In this document: piece after piece, positions 9,567-17,614 of the stretch
Layout: every line of letters starts with the position of its first letter
Numbering within the stretch: position 1 is the stretch's first letter
Origin: Chloroflexota bacterium
GTDB lineage: Bacteria > Chloroflexota > Dehalococcoidia > Lucifugimonadales > UBA1127
Direction of reading: 5' to 3'
DNA length: 64,000 bases
Assembly: GCA_026713825.1 (NCBI GenBank)
Contig: JAPONS010000051.1
Span: 17,885-81,884 of the forward strand
Translations under genes and position numbers: made by a program
The notes under the pieces: generated by a model
Seen by the model: the letters and a program-made list of their open reading frames with translations, nothing else
Databases searched by the model: none
Told to the model about the DNA's origin: nothing

Positions 9567-9815
9567 ATGAGCGACGTTGCCATCACGGTGTTTTCGTCCA
9601 ACAACTGAGGCTCCTGCGAGATGGTGAAAGGGTACCTTTCACAGAAGGGCGTCGACTACGCCGTGCGGAACATCTCCGAGGACCTTGAGGCGCGACAGAC
9701 CGTCATCGACATGGGGCACCGCAGCACGCCGGTCACCCTCATAGGCGGACACAAGGTGCTGGGATTCGACCGGGCTCAGATTGACGAAGCCCTCGCCGCG
9801 GAGGGTGTGGCCTAG
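9567..9815 (+). CDS. NrdH/glutaredoxin-like redoxin with in-frame UGA at the first Cys of CxxC (candidate selenoprotein, UGSC motif)
   Basis: ATG 9567 lies 8 nt after AAAGGTGG. TGA 9606-9608 is in the same frame as ORF 9621..9815. Read-through gives MSDVAITVFSSNN-U-GSCEMVKGYLSQKGVDY..., collinear with the NrdH N-terminus (ITIYTRNDCVQCHATKRAL). The annotated 64-aa ORF alone lacks beta-1 and the redox motif. Confidence 0.6.
9624..9642 (+). promoter_or_regulatory. SECIS-like stem-loop downstream of UGA 9606
   Basis: GTGAAAGG (9624-9631) pairs with CCTTTCAC (9635-9642) around a G/U-containing apical loop (GTA, or GGTAC if the last pair opens). The stem starts 15 nt after the UGA. Confidence 0.45.
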
Positions 9816-9838
9816 CAGCTGACCACTACAGGACATGC

Positions 9839-9868
9839 GAGAGGCGCCTTCTTTTGGGGGCGCCTCTT
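9839..9868 (+). terminator. Hairpin terminator after the redoxin gene
   Basis: GAGAGGCGCC (9839-9848) pairs with GGCGCCTCTT (9859-9868) around a 10-nt loop (9849-9858). It is followed by CTTGTG. Confidence 0.55.
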
Positions 9869-9898
9869 CTTGTGCCCGTCGGCCCTGAAACATCCGTG

Positions 9899-9927
9899 TT
9901 GATAAGGAAACCTCCCAATGATAATAT
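9899..9927 (+). promoter_or_regulatory. Near-consensus sigma70-type promoter
   Basis: TTGATA (9899-9904), 17-nt spacer, TAATAT (9922-9927). It lies in a short AT-rich patch directly upstream of the small ORF at 9960. Confidence 0.6.
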
Positions 9928-9959
9928 GAAGGGCCAAATTCAAAGAAAGGAGGACGCAT

Positions 9960-10103
9960 ATGAGTATCTTGCCACTTCTTCTTACATCTCCCCAGAACAA
10001 GGGCGGCAGCGGCAAAGGCGGTGGCGGCTTGGGTAACCCGGGCTACCCAAGCACTACCGGCAACCCCTCAGGCGGCGGCAGAACCAACGGCCCCCGTAAG
10101 TAG
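9960..10103 (+). CDS. Small Gly/Pro/Asn-rich peptide (47 aa), function unknown
   Basis: Absent from the ORF track because it is under 60 aa. ATG 9960 lies 5 nt after AAGGAGGA. Translation: MSILPLLLTSPQNKGGSGKGGGGLGNPGYPSTTGNPSGGGRTNGPRK, ending at TAG 10101-10103. Confidence 0.45.
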   Translation: MSILPLLLTSPQNKGGSGKGGGGLGNPGYPSTTGNPSGGGRTNGPRK

Positions 10104-10383
10104 GCCCCCGGATCTAGCGTGGGAGCGCTAATGGTCTGCAGAATTCCACCAGACCAAGCTGCGTAGAAGCGTACCCACCTGTGCAACCCCTTTGCGCAAC
10201 GGTAGGCTCAAGACCTTGTCCGGCGCAGAGGGTGACGCACCCCTAAAGCCTTTCTCCTGCATTCTGCTCCTCATCCAGTCTTCACTATGAAACGCGTCAG
10301 GTGCGCTTTGCTTCCGTATGCTGGCAACAACTCAGATTTGTCGAATCAACGCGCCCGTAAACAGTCCCTTAACCGAACTCGCA

Positions 10384-10413
10384 ACGACAGCGTCCGAGGC
10401 TATAGAGTAGACT
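10384..10413 (+). promoter_or_regulatory. Weak promoter candidate placing the transcription start at or near ATG 10421
   Basis: ACGACA (10384-10389), 18-nt spacer, TAGACT (10408-10413), then 7 nt to ATG 10421. TAGACT also serves as the -10 hexamer of the rsmD promoter candidate in this window. Confidence 0.3.
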
Positions 10414-10420
10414 GCGGCAC

Positions 10421-11149
10421 ATGAGAGCTAGCAACCACAAGGAGCCACGCATAGCCATGGCCCAGCAGCCCCCATCCCTGCCGCGCCGGTGCGTCGCCGA
10501 GTTCATTGGCACGTTCGGCCTCCTCTTCGCCGGCGCAGGCGCCATCATGATCAACGAGATCTCCGGCGGCACGGTCACCAACGTCGGGATCGGCCTCGTG
10601 TTCGGCCTGACCGTCGCCGCAATGATCTTCGCGACGGGCCACATCTCCGGCGCGCACATCAACCCCGCGGTGACCCTCGGATTCGCCCTCGCGCGGCACT
10701 TCCCGTGGAAGCTCGTGCCCATGTACTGGGGCTCGCAGCTTCTCGGCGCAACCGCCGCCTGCCTCGTCCTCCGAGGCCTCTTCGGCAACGTCGCTGACAT
10801 GGGCGCCACGCTCCCCGGCGCCGAGGAGTGGGTCGTCGTCTCCTTTGAGGCGCTGCTCACCTTCTTCCTCATGTTCGTCATCATGGCGATGGCCACGGAC
10901 ATCCGGGCCGTCGGCACGGCGGCGGCGCTGGCCATCGGCGCAACGGTAGGGCTGGAAGCCATATTCGGCGGCCCCATCAGCGGCGCGTCCATGAACCCCG
11001 CCCGATCATTCGGCCCCGCGCTGGTCAGCGCCAACTGGACCGCCCACTGGGTGTACTGGATCGGCCCGATAGTCGGCGCAGCGGCCGCCGCCTTCACCTA
11101 CGCCTGGCTGCGGGAGGGCAACGCCATGCAAAACGGGGAAGAGCAATGA
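10421..11149 (+). CDS. MIP-family channel (aquaporin/aquaglyceroporin, probable arsenite channel)
   Basis: Two NPA boxes (HISGAHINPAVT and SGASMNPARS) and six predicted hydrophobic helices. The stop overlaps the arsC start (ATGA at 11146-11149). An alternative start is ATG 10457, after AAGGAG. Confidence 0.88.
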   Translation: MRASNHKEPRIAMAQQPPSLPRRCVAEFIGTFGLLFAGAGAIMINEISGGTVTNVGIGLVFGLTVAAMIFATGHISGAHINPAVTLGFALARHFPWKLVPMYWGSQLLGATAACLVLRGLFGNVADMGATLPGAEEWVVVSFEALLTFFLMFVIMAMATDIRAVGTAAALAIGATVGLEAIFGGPISGASMNPARSFGPALVSANWTAHWVYWIGPIVGAAAAAFTYAWLREGNAMQNGEEQ

Positions 11150-11538
11150 AGAACGTCCTCTTTGTCTGCGTCCACAACGCCGGTCGGAGCCAGATGGCTG
11201 AGGCCTTCTTGAATGCGGCCGGTAGCGACCGGCTGGTCGGCGAATCCGCGGGAACAGTACCCACCGAGCACGTGAACCCCATCGTGGCAGAGGCGATGTG
11301 GGAGGTCGGCATAGACATCAGCGTCAACGCGCCAAAGGTCATCACACAGGCGATGGCCGACAACGCAGACCTCATCTTCACCATGGGCTGCGCCATCGAC
11401 GACGCCTGCCCCGCCACGTTCCTGCCCGCCGAGGACTGGGGCCTCGACGACCCTGCTGGCCAGCCCCTCGAGACCGTGCGGCAAATCCGTGACCAGATTA
11501 GAATAAAGGTCGCAGAGCTGCTGGAACGGGAGGGCTAG
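11146..11538 (+). CDS. arsC: Arsenate reductase, LMW-PTP (thioredoxin-coupled) type
   Basis: P-loop CVHNAGRS (CX5R-S) at the N-terminus. A downstream Cys pair, GCAIDDAC, is spaced like C82/C89 of the S. aureus enzyme. The DP motif is present. Confidence 0.85.
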   Translation: MKNVLFVCVHNAGRSQMAEAFLNAAGSDRLVGESAGTVPTEHVNPIVAEAMWEVGIDISVNAPKVITQAMADNADLIFTMGCAIDDACPATFLPAEDWGLDDPAGQPLETVRQIRDQIRIKVAELLEREG

Positions 11539-11547
11539 TCCAACACC

Positions 11548-12471
11548 ATGAGAATAGCGATATACGGGACCGGGGGCGTCGGTGGTTACTTCGGCGGCCG
11601 CCTCGCGCAGGCCGGCGAGGACGTCACCTTCATCGCGCGCGGCGCCCACCTTGACGCCATACGCTCCAACGGTCTCCGTGTCAGCAGCGTCCACGGCGAC
11701 TTCGCCGTCGCGGGCGCCAGGGCCACCGACTCGCCAGCCGAAGTCGGCCCCGTCGACGCCGTGCTCGTTGCCGTCAAGGCGTGGCAGGTCTCCGAGGTCG
11801 CCCCGCTCATTCAGCCGCTCGTCGGCCCGGACACGGTCGTGGTGCCGCTCCAGAACGGCGTCGAAGCCGCGCCGCAGCTCATCGAGGGCCTCGGGCCCGA
11901 CAACGTGGTCGGCGGCCTATGCCGTGTCGTCGCCCTCATCGAGGGCCCCGGCCACATCCGGCACGGCGGCGGCGACGACTTCGTCGGCATCGCGGAGCTC
12001 GACAACCAGCCGAGCGAGCGCGTAGAGCGAGTCCGCGCCGCGTTGGCCGAGGCGGGTCTCAAGGCAGAGACCCCGCCCGACATCTACGCAGCGCTCTGGG
12101 CCAAGTTTCTCTTCATCTGCGCATGGGGAGGCGTCGGCGCCGTCACCCGCTCCGCTGTCGGCGTCACCCGTTCACTGCCCCTGACGCGAGCAATGCTCGA
12201 GGGCGCCATGACCGAGACGTACAACGTCGCGCGCGCCCGTGGCATCAACCTTCCCGACACCGCCGTCGCCACCGGCATGGCCGCAATCGACCGCCAGCCG
12301 GAAGGTGGCGAGGCCTCCATGCAGCGCGACATCCAGGATGGGCGCCCCTCGGAGCTTGAGTCGCAGAACGGCGCCGTCGTCCGCCTCGGCCGCGAGTCCG
12401 GCGTGCCAACGCCCACCCACGACTTCATCTACGGAAGCCTGCTGCCACAGGAGCAACGCGCGAGGGGCTAG
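11548..12471 (+). CDS. 2-dehydropantoate 2-reductase family (ApbA/PanE)
   Basis: N-terminal MRIAIYGTGGVGGYFGGRLA Rossmann motif. The C-terminal SMQRDIxxGRPSELE motif is typical of ketopantoate reductases. Confidence 0.8.
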   Translation: MRIAIYGTGGVGGYFGGRLAQAGEDVTFIARGAHLDAIRSNGLRVSSVHGDFAVAGARATDSPAEVGPVDAVLVAVKAWQVSEVAPLIQPLVGPDTVVVPLQNGVEAAPQLIEGLGPDNVVGGLCRVVALIEGPGHIRHGGGDDFVGIAELDNQPSERVERVRAALAEAGLKAETPPDIYAALWAKFLFICAWGGVGAVTRSAVGVTRSLPLTRAMLEGAMTETYNVARARGINLPDTAVATGMAAIDRQPEGGEASMQRDIQDGRPSELESQNGAVVRLGRESGVPTPTHDFIYGSLLPQEQRARG

Positions 12472-12542
12472 TCCCGCTGCAACACTCCCCGCAGTCAGGT
12501 ACACTTCCACACAAGGACCTCACCACACCAAGGAGGCGCCTC

Positions 12543-13523
12543 ATGGTGCGCATCGCGGTCATCGACGACTACCAGAACTTAGCCAGTACCCTCGCGGAAT
12601 GGGACTCGCTCCCGGAAGGCTCACAGGTCGACTTCTACCAGGACCACCTGACGGACAAGGACGCCCTGGTGGAACGCCTCCAGCCCTATGACATCATTCA
12701 GCTCATGCGAGAGCGGACAGAGTTCAGCGCCGAGCTTCTCGACGCCCTGCCCAACCTGCGGATGCTCTCCGGTACCGGCGGCGCCTATTACAACTCCATC
12801 GACATCCCTCACGCCACCGAGCGCGGCATCCTGCTTACAAGGACTGGCGGGTCCGCGGGCGGCAGCGTCGAGGAGCTGACGTGGGCCCTCATCCTCGGCC
12901 TGACCAAGCGCCTGCGGGAGGAGGACCGCGAGACCCGAGAGGGGCAGTGGCAAACCTCCCTCAGCCCGACCCTTGCGGGAAGGACGTTGGGCATCATCGG
13001 CCTCGGTCGCCTCGGCAAGCGGGTGGCGCAGGTTGGCCAGGCCTTCAACATGAAACTCGTCGCGTGGAGCCCATGGCAGACGGAGGAGCGAGCTTCGGAG
13101 AGCGGCGCGCAGTTGCTGAGCCGCGAGGAGTTCTTCTCGACGTCCTACGTAATTAGCATCCACATTCCCCTGACGGCCGAGAGCCGGGGCCTCGTCACCG
13201 CGGCAGACCTCGCGATGATGCAACCGAACGCCTTCATCATCAACACGTCGCGCGGCCCCATCGTCGACGAGGCCGCTCTGGTTGATGCCCTCCGGGAGGG
13301 AAGGATCGGCGGCGCGGGCTTGGATGTGTTCGATGAGGAGCCGCTGCCGAAGGACCACCCCTTCTTGAGCCTGCCCAATACGCTCCTGACGCCGCATATT
13401 GGCTTTGTGACGGAGGAAGGCTACCAGTCCTTCTACCGCAGCGCCTTGGCCAACATCAAGGCATTCATGGCAGGCGAGCCCACCAACGCGATAAACCCGG
13501 AAGCCTTGGAGAAGCAGGGGTAG
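12543..13523 (+). CDS. D-isomer-specific 2-hydroxyacid dehydrogenase
   Basis: NAD motif GIIGLGRLGKRVA. Catalytic region NTSRGPIVDE ... LLTPHIG. Confidence 0.85.
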   Translation: MVRIAVIDDYQNLASTLAEWDSLPEGSQVDFYQDHLTDKDALVERLQPYDIIQLMRERTEFSAELLDALPNLRMLSGTGGAYYNSIDIPHATERGILLTRTGGSAGGSVEELTWALILGLTKRLREEDRETREGQWQTSLSPTLAGRTLGIIGLGRLGKRVAQVGQAFNMKLVAWSPWQTEERASESGAQLLSREEFFSTSYVISIHIPLTAESRGLVTAADLAMMQPNAFIINTSRGPIVDEAALVDALREGRIGGAGLDVFDEEPLPKDHPFLSLPNTLLTPHIGFVTEEGYQSFYRSALANIKAFMAGEPTNAINPEALEKQG

Positions 13524-13587
13524 CCAGCTTGCCAGCCACCTAGGGCCGTCATACACTGCACCCACTCTGAACTGAACGAGGATCGTT

Positions 13588-14643
13588 ATGCCCACCTTCT
13601 CTCACGAGTACCTCCGAAAGGTGTCCTACGAGATCTTCAAGGCCGCCGGCACGCCGGACGAGGCCGCGCAGGATGTCGCCGAAGGCCTCATCAGCTCCAA
13701 CCTCGCCGGTCACGACTCTCACGGCGTCGGGCAGGTGCCCGTCTACGTCGACCGCATCAAGGCGGGGCACATCATCCCGGACGCGCCCTACGTCGTCGAC
13801 AAGGAGACACGCACCACCGCCGTCATCAACGGCAACTGGGGCTTCGGTTTCGCCGTGACCAAGCGGGCCACGCAGATGCTCATCGAGAAGGCGCTGGAAC
13901 AGAACATCGCCGCAGTCACCATCTACCGGCAGAGCCATATTGGCCGCCTGACACCCTACGCGGCCATGTGCGCCGAGCAGGGACTGGCCGCCATCATGTT
14001 CACCGACTCCGGGCGAGGCCCCAAGGCCGTCGCGCCCTTCGGCGGCCGCGGCCGCCGGCTCGGCACCAACCCCGTCTGCATCTGCGTCCCGTCGAACGAG
14101 GACAGCCCCGTCTTCATCGATATGGCGAGCAGCGCCGTGGCGGCCGGCAAACTGGCGGTGTACCGCCGCCGCAACCTGCCGATACCGACCGGTTGGATTA
14201 TCGACAAGGACGGCAACGACACCACGGACCCCAACGCCTACAACGAGGGCGGCGCACTGCTCCCCGTCGGCGGCGACCTTGGCTACAAGGGCTACGGCCT
14301 CAGCTTTATGGGCGAGGTCTTTTCCGGCATCCTGACTACCCTCGGCTTCGGCCTGGACCCAGAGGGCAAGCACAACGACGGGAGCTTCATCGCCGCGTGG
14401 CGCATTGATGCCTTTGCCGACCTGGAATGGTTCAAGCAGCAGGTGTCGGACTTCATCGCCTTCATCAAGACGTCGCCTCTGGCTGCGGGCAGCCCAGGCA
14501 TCCTCTATCCCGGAGAGGCCGAGAAGCACACGGAGGCAAGGCTTCGAGCGGAAGGCATCGCGGTGGAGGACTCCGTTTGGAGCGACCTCACCGGGATCAT
14601 GCAGGAGTACGGCATCGAGTCCCTAGTCGGCGAACCGACTTAG
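13588..14643 (+). CDS. Ldh_2-family (malate/L-lactate/ureidoglycolate-type) oxidoreductase
   Basis: NLAGHDSHGV, TPYAAM and GYKGYGLSF motifs characteristic of the Ldh_2 family. Confidence 0.8.
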   Translation: MPTFSHEYLRKVSYEIFKAAGTPDEAAQDVAEGLISSNLAGHDSHGVGQVPVYVDRIKAGHIIPDAPYVVDKETRTTAVINGNWGFGFAVTKRATQMLIEKALEQNIAAVTIYRQSHIGRLTPYAAMCAEQGLAAIMFTDSGRGPKAVAPFGGRGRRLGTNPVCICVPSNEDSPVFIDMASSAVAAGKLAVYRRRNLPIPTGWIIDKDGNDTTDPNAYNEGGALLPVGGDLGYKGYGLSFMGEVFSGILTTLGFGLDPEGKHNDGSFIAAWRIDAFADLEWFKQQVSDFIAFIKTSPLAAGSPGILYPGEAEKHTEARLRAEGIAVEDSVWSDLTGIMQEYGIESLVGEPT

Positions 14644-14658
14644 TTCCCGGCGACCCCG

Positions 14659-15435
14659 ATGCCGAAGCATCCCCTCAGCATCGCCGCTGTCACGGAGCAA
14701 CTGCGGGCATTGGGCGTCGAGCGCGGGCATACGCTGCAAGTCCACACCTCATTCTCGCTCACCGGCCCCATCGAGGGCGGCCCTCTCGGCCTCATCGACG
14801 CCCTCCGCGAAGCCATCGGCCCCGATGGCACCCTCGTCATGCCCAGCATGACCGATGACGACGACCACCCCTTTGAACCGAGAAGCACGCCCTGCCTCGG
14901 CATGGGCGTCACCGCCGACACCTTCTGGAGGCTCCCAGGCGTCCTCCGCAGCGACAGTCCCCACGCCTTCGCAGCCGTGGGCCCGCACGCCGAGCGCATC
15001 ACCTCACCACATCCGATCGAGCCGCCGCATGGCCCCGATAGCCCTGTCGGCCGCGTGCAGGAGCTCGCCGGCCACGTCCTCCTGCTTGGCGTCGGACACG
15101 ACGCCAACACCACCGTCCACCTCGCCGAGCTCCTCGCCGGAGTCCGCTACCGCCGTCGCAAGTACGTTACGGTGCTGAACGACGGCGGGCCGTTGCGATA
15201 CGAGTATGAGGAGATTGACCACTGCTGCGAGCGCTTCGCGCTGGTGGACGGCTGGCTGGAAGAGCGAGGACTTCAATGTCGGGGAATCGTTGGTCACGCA
15301 GAGGCGCGGCTCGTACCCGCGAGGGCCGTCGTCGACGTTGTGGTAGAGCGCCTGCGCGTCGACGAAACAGCGTTCCTGCATCCAATTGGCACCGACGCGG
15401 AGTGCGACGACGCGTGGGCAAGCATGCAGGGTTAA
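14659..15435 (+). CDS. Aminoglycoside N(3)-acetyltransferase (AAC(3)) family protein
   Basis: [35 protein letters not shown] and [17 protein letters not shown] match the AAC(3)/YokD family pattern. Confidence 0.75.
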   Translation: MPKHPLSIAAVTEQLRALGVERGHTLQVHTSFSLTGPIEGGPLGLIDALREAIGPDGTLVMPSMTDDDDHPFEPRSTPCLGMGVTADTFWRLPGVLRSDSPHAFAAVGPHAERITSPHPIEPPHGPDSPVGRVQELAGHVLLLGVGHDANTTVHLAELLAGVRYRRRKYVTVLNDGGPLRYEYEEIDHCCERFALVDGWLEERGLQCRGIVGHAEARLVPARAVVDVVVERLRVDETAFLHPIGTDAECDDAWASMQG

Positions 15436-15445
15436 CGGGCCTGCC

Positions 15446-16318
15446 CTACTGCAAGAATTCCTTCTGCCACCCATCGTAGTCTGCGTTTGCCAGCGCTTGC
15501 GCCATGACGTCGGCGGCCGGAACGCGATGGCTGAGCCCGGCAGGCTCTCCGCCGTCTGCGTGGTGCTTGAGCGCCTCATAGATTCCCTGGATCATCGTCT
15601 GGAATGGCAAGTGGCCCTTGAGTGCGATGCGGACGCGGTGCGCCGCCAGCCAGGCGGCGTCCTGCAGCTCCGCCGGCGCCGACCCAAGCATCAGCGGCAG
15701 CGTTGTGGCCGCCTCGACTGCCTCGACGTGGTCCTTGGTGGACAGGTTGGTGAAGAAGAGCGCGTCCACCCCTGCTGCCTCATACGCCGCTGCCCGGGCC
15801 ACCACGCCCTCGATGCCCTCGACGGGCATGGCCGCGCACCGCCCAATGACAATCGTCGCAGGGTCGCGCTTGGCCGCAACGGCCGCCTTCATCTTCCCGA
15901 CCGATTCCTCCAGCGAGATCACCGTCACGCTTGTTGCGCCGAACGGCGTTGGAAGCGCCGTGTCCTCGATAGACATGGCGCAGACCTCGGCGGCCTCGAG
16001 CTCGGACACCGTCCGCATGACGTTGAGCGCGTTCCCGTACCCATGGTCCGAGTCGACCATAAGGCTGATGTCGCTTGCACGCGTGATGCGCCGCGCCTGG
16101 TCCACAAATTCGCTCAACGTAATGACCGTCAGGTCGGGCGCCCCCAGCACGACGCCGGAGGCGACAGAACCGGCGAACATCCCAATCTCGAAACCCAAAT
16201 GCGTTGCCAGCCGCGAAGAGATGGGGTCAAAGATGGAGGCGGGTTGGATGCACTGCTCCCGCCCCAGGTAACTGCGATACCGCTGACGACGCTCCGTGGG
16301 GTTCATGGCGCTCCTCAT
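15446..16318 (-). CDS. Isocitrate lyase/PEP mutase superfamily protein (oxaloacetate decarboxylase / methylisocitrate lyase-like)
   Basis: FDPISSRLA..., DSDHGYGNALNV and MSIEDT motifs of the ICL/PEPM fold. The start may be the internal MNPTER. Confidence 0.75.
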   Translation of the reverse strand: MRSAMNPTERRQRYRSYLGREQCIQPASIFDPISSRLATHLGFEIGMFAGSVASGVVLGAPDLTVITLSEFVDQARRITRASDISLMVDSDHGYGNALNVMRTVSELEAAEVCAMSIEDTALPTPFGATSVTVISLEESVGKMKAAVAAKRDPATIVIGRCAAMPVEGIEGVVARAAAYEAAGVDALFFTNLSTKDHVEAVEAATTLPLMLGSAPAELQDAAWLAAHRVRIALKGHLPFQTMIQGIYEALKHHADGGEPAGLSHRVPAADVMAQALANADYDGWQKEFLQ

Positions 16319-16653
16319 ACGTTCATGATGTGGCTACAGCTCTGGCCCAACGCATCCTAGCCGACGATGACCGGTTTGGCTATGCAGTGTACCCCGCCGT
16401 TGCGCTGCCGCGCCCTGACACGGTGCCCTTGCCCGAACATCGCGCCAATCGCTAGCCTTTCGCCATGCACGTCAACATTGGCCAACTCAGTCGTCGCAAT
16501 GGACCGTCCCTGCCGCAAGCGCTCTCCCTGAATTTGGGGCTGCGGCTGGATTCGTGTCGGATTCGCTTGCTCATTCTGGAGGGCTGTTCCTGCTGAAAAA
16601 TTTCGTTGTCTTCTATCTGAAATGTGCCAAACCAGCTAAGTGTCAAATCGCAA

Positions 16654-16678
16654 ACAACCCCACGCTGCAACGGGTTGT
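16654..16678 (-). terminator. Hairpin downstream of the long minus-strand array
   Basis: On the minus strand ACAACCC and GGGTTGT form a 7-bp stem around an 11-nt loop, followed by TTGCGATTTG. It lies about 130 nt after the stop at 16805. Confidence 0.4.
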
Positions 16679-16804
16679 CCCCTTCCACGCAACCCATTGG
16701 TGACAGGATGTGCGCGGTAAGGCTTGCGGAAGGGCTAAGGCAAGGAGACAAGGCTTTAGGGCAATTTGGACCGGCAATCAGAGGACGAGGCAGATGGTGG
16801 GCGG

Positions 16805-17587
16805 CTACGGCACCTGGAACGCAGGTTCGCCCCCCAGACACGTCTGCTCGAGGCCGACAAGGAGCTGCTGCTCGATGTCCAGCCGCTCGCGAAAGGCGCG
16901 GGCCGCCGTTATCTGCCGCTCCGTCGTGCAGCACCAGTAGGCCAGCGCCTCTCGCTCCCACGGGATGTGCGAGTCCACGTCGCCAAGGTAGACGCGGAAG
17001 AATTCGAGCGCATGGTTCGGCACACGATAGTGGTCGCGAAGGGCCTCGTGGGCGCGGCCCAGGAACTCCCTGCCGTAAAGGTCAGACGCATAGAAGGAGG
17101 CGACGCCGTCCAGCCACGTCCAGTCCCAGAATCGCGAGTAAGTGCGGAGGGTCTGGATGGCGAAATACGTGCGCGTGAACGGGTGCCACTCCAACGCCTC
17201 GCTCTGGCTCAGGCCGACGCCCGTGCCGAACCGCAGCCACAACTCCTCCCAAGAGGGGATGTCAGAGCCGGAGAGGTCGCCAACCACGTCCTCGCCCTCG
17301 ATGTCCACGATGCGGCGGAGCATGTGGGTACGCGTCGGTTCGTCGTTTGTCTTGATGAAGATGGCGCCGGTGCTGAAGACCAGCCCTTCGTCCCAGTAGG
17401 GGTACTGGTCCTTCACCCACATCTGCAGGTGCTCCTGGGACAGTTTCCCATCGCACAGCGCCTGCAGGAAGGTCGGCGGCTCTGGGCATTTGGCCTTGAA
17501 CTGCTCGTCGAGCAGTGCCAGGAAGTCATCACCGGAGAGCGGAGGAACGGAGAGCTCCTCCGGCCCAAGTGGAGGTTGGGCGCCCAT
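16805..17587 (-). CDS. Heme-oxygenase-like fold protein (TenA/PqqC/CADD-type, 'iron-containing redox enzyme' family), function unknown
   Basis: FLQALCDGKLSQEHLQMWVKDQYPY ... IVDIEGED ... FFRVYLGDVDSHIPWE resembles PqqC/TenA_C-type helical proteins. Some expected His ligands appear substituted. Confidence 0.5.
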   Translation of the reverse strand: MGAQPPLGPEELSVPPLSGDDFLALLDEQFKAKCPEPPTFLQALCDGKLSQEHLQMWVKDQYPYWDEGLVFSTGAIFIKTNDEPTRTHMLRRIVDIEGEDVVGDLSGSDIPSWEELWLRFGTGVGLSQSEALEWHPFTRTYFAIQTLRTYSRFWDWTWLDGVASFYASDLYGREFLGRAHEALRDHYRVPNHALEFFRVYLGDVDSHIPWEREALAYWCCTTERQITAARAFRERLDIEQQLLVGLEQTCLGGEPAFQVP

Positions 17588-17614
17588 GGCGTCCTCCTTG
17601 CTCGAAGCTGCGGT

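Noticed and set aside
10408-10416. Shared 9-mer TAGACTGCG just upstream of both ATG 10421 (aquaporin) and the leader-peptide ATG 49617 (minus strand, 49626-49618)
   Set aside because: It could hint at a common start-site motif. With only two occurrences and different spacing to the ATG (7 nt against 4 nt after TAGACT), I cannot separate it from chance. TAGACT alone is noted as a recurrent -10-like hexamer.
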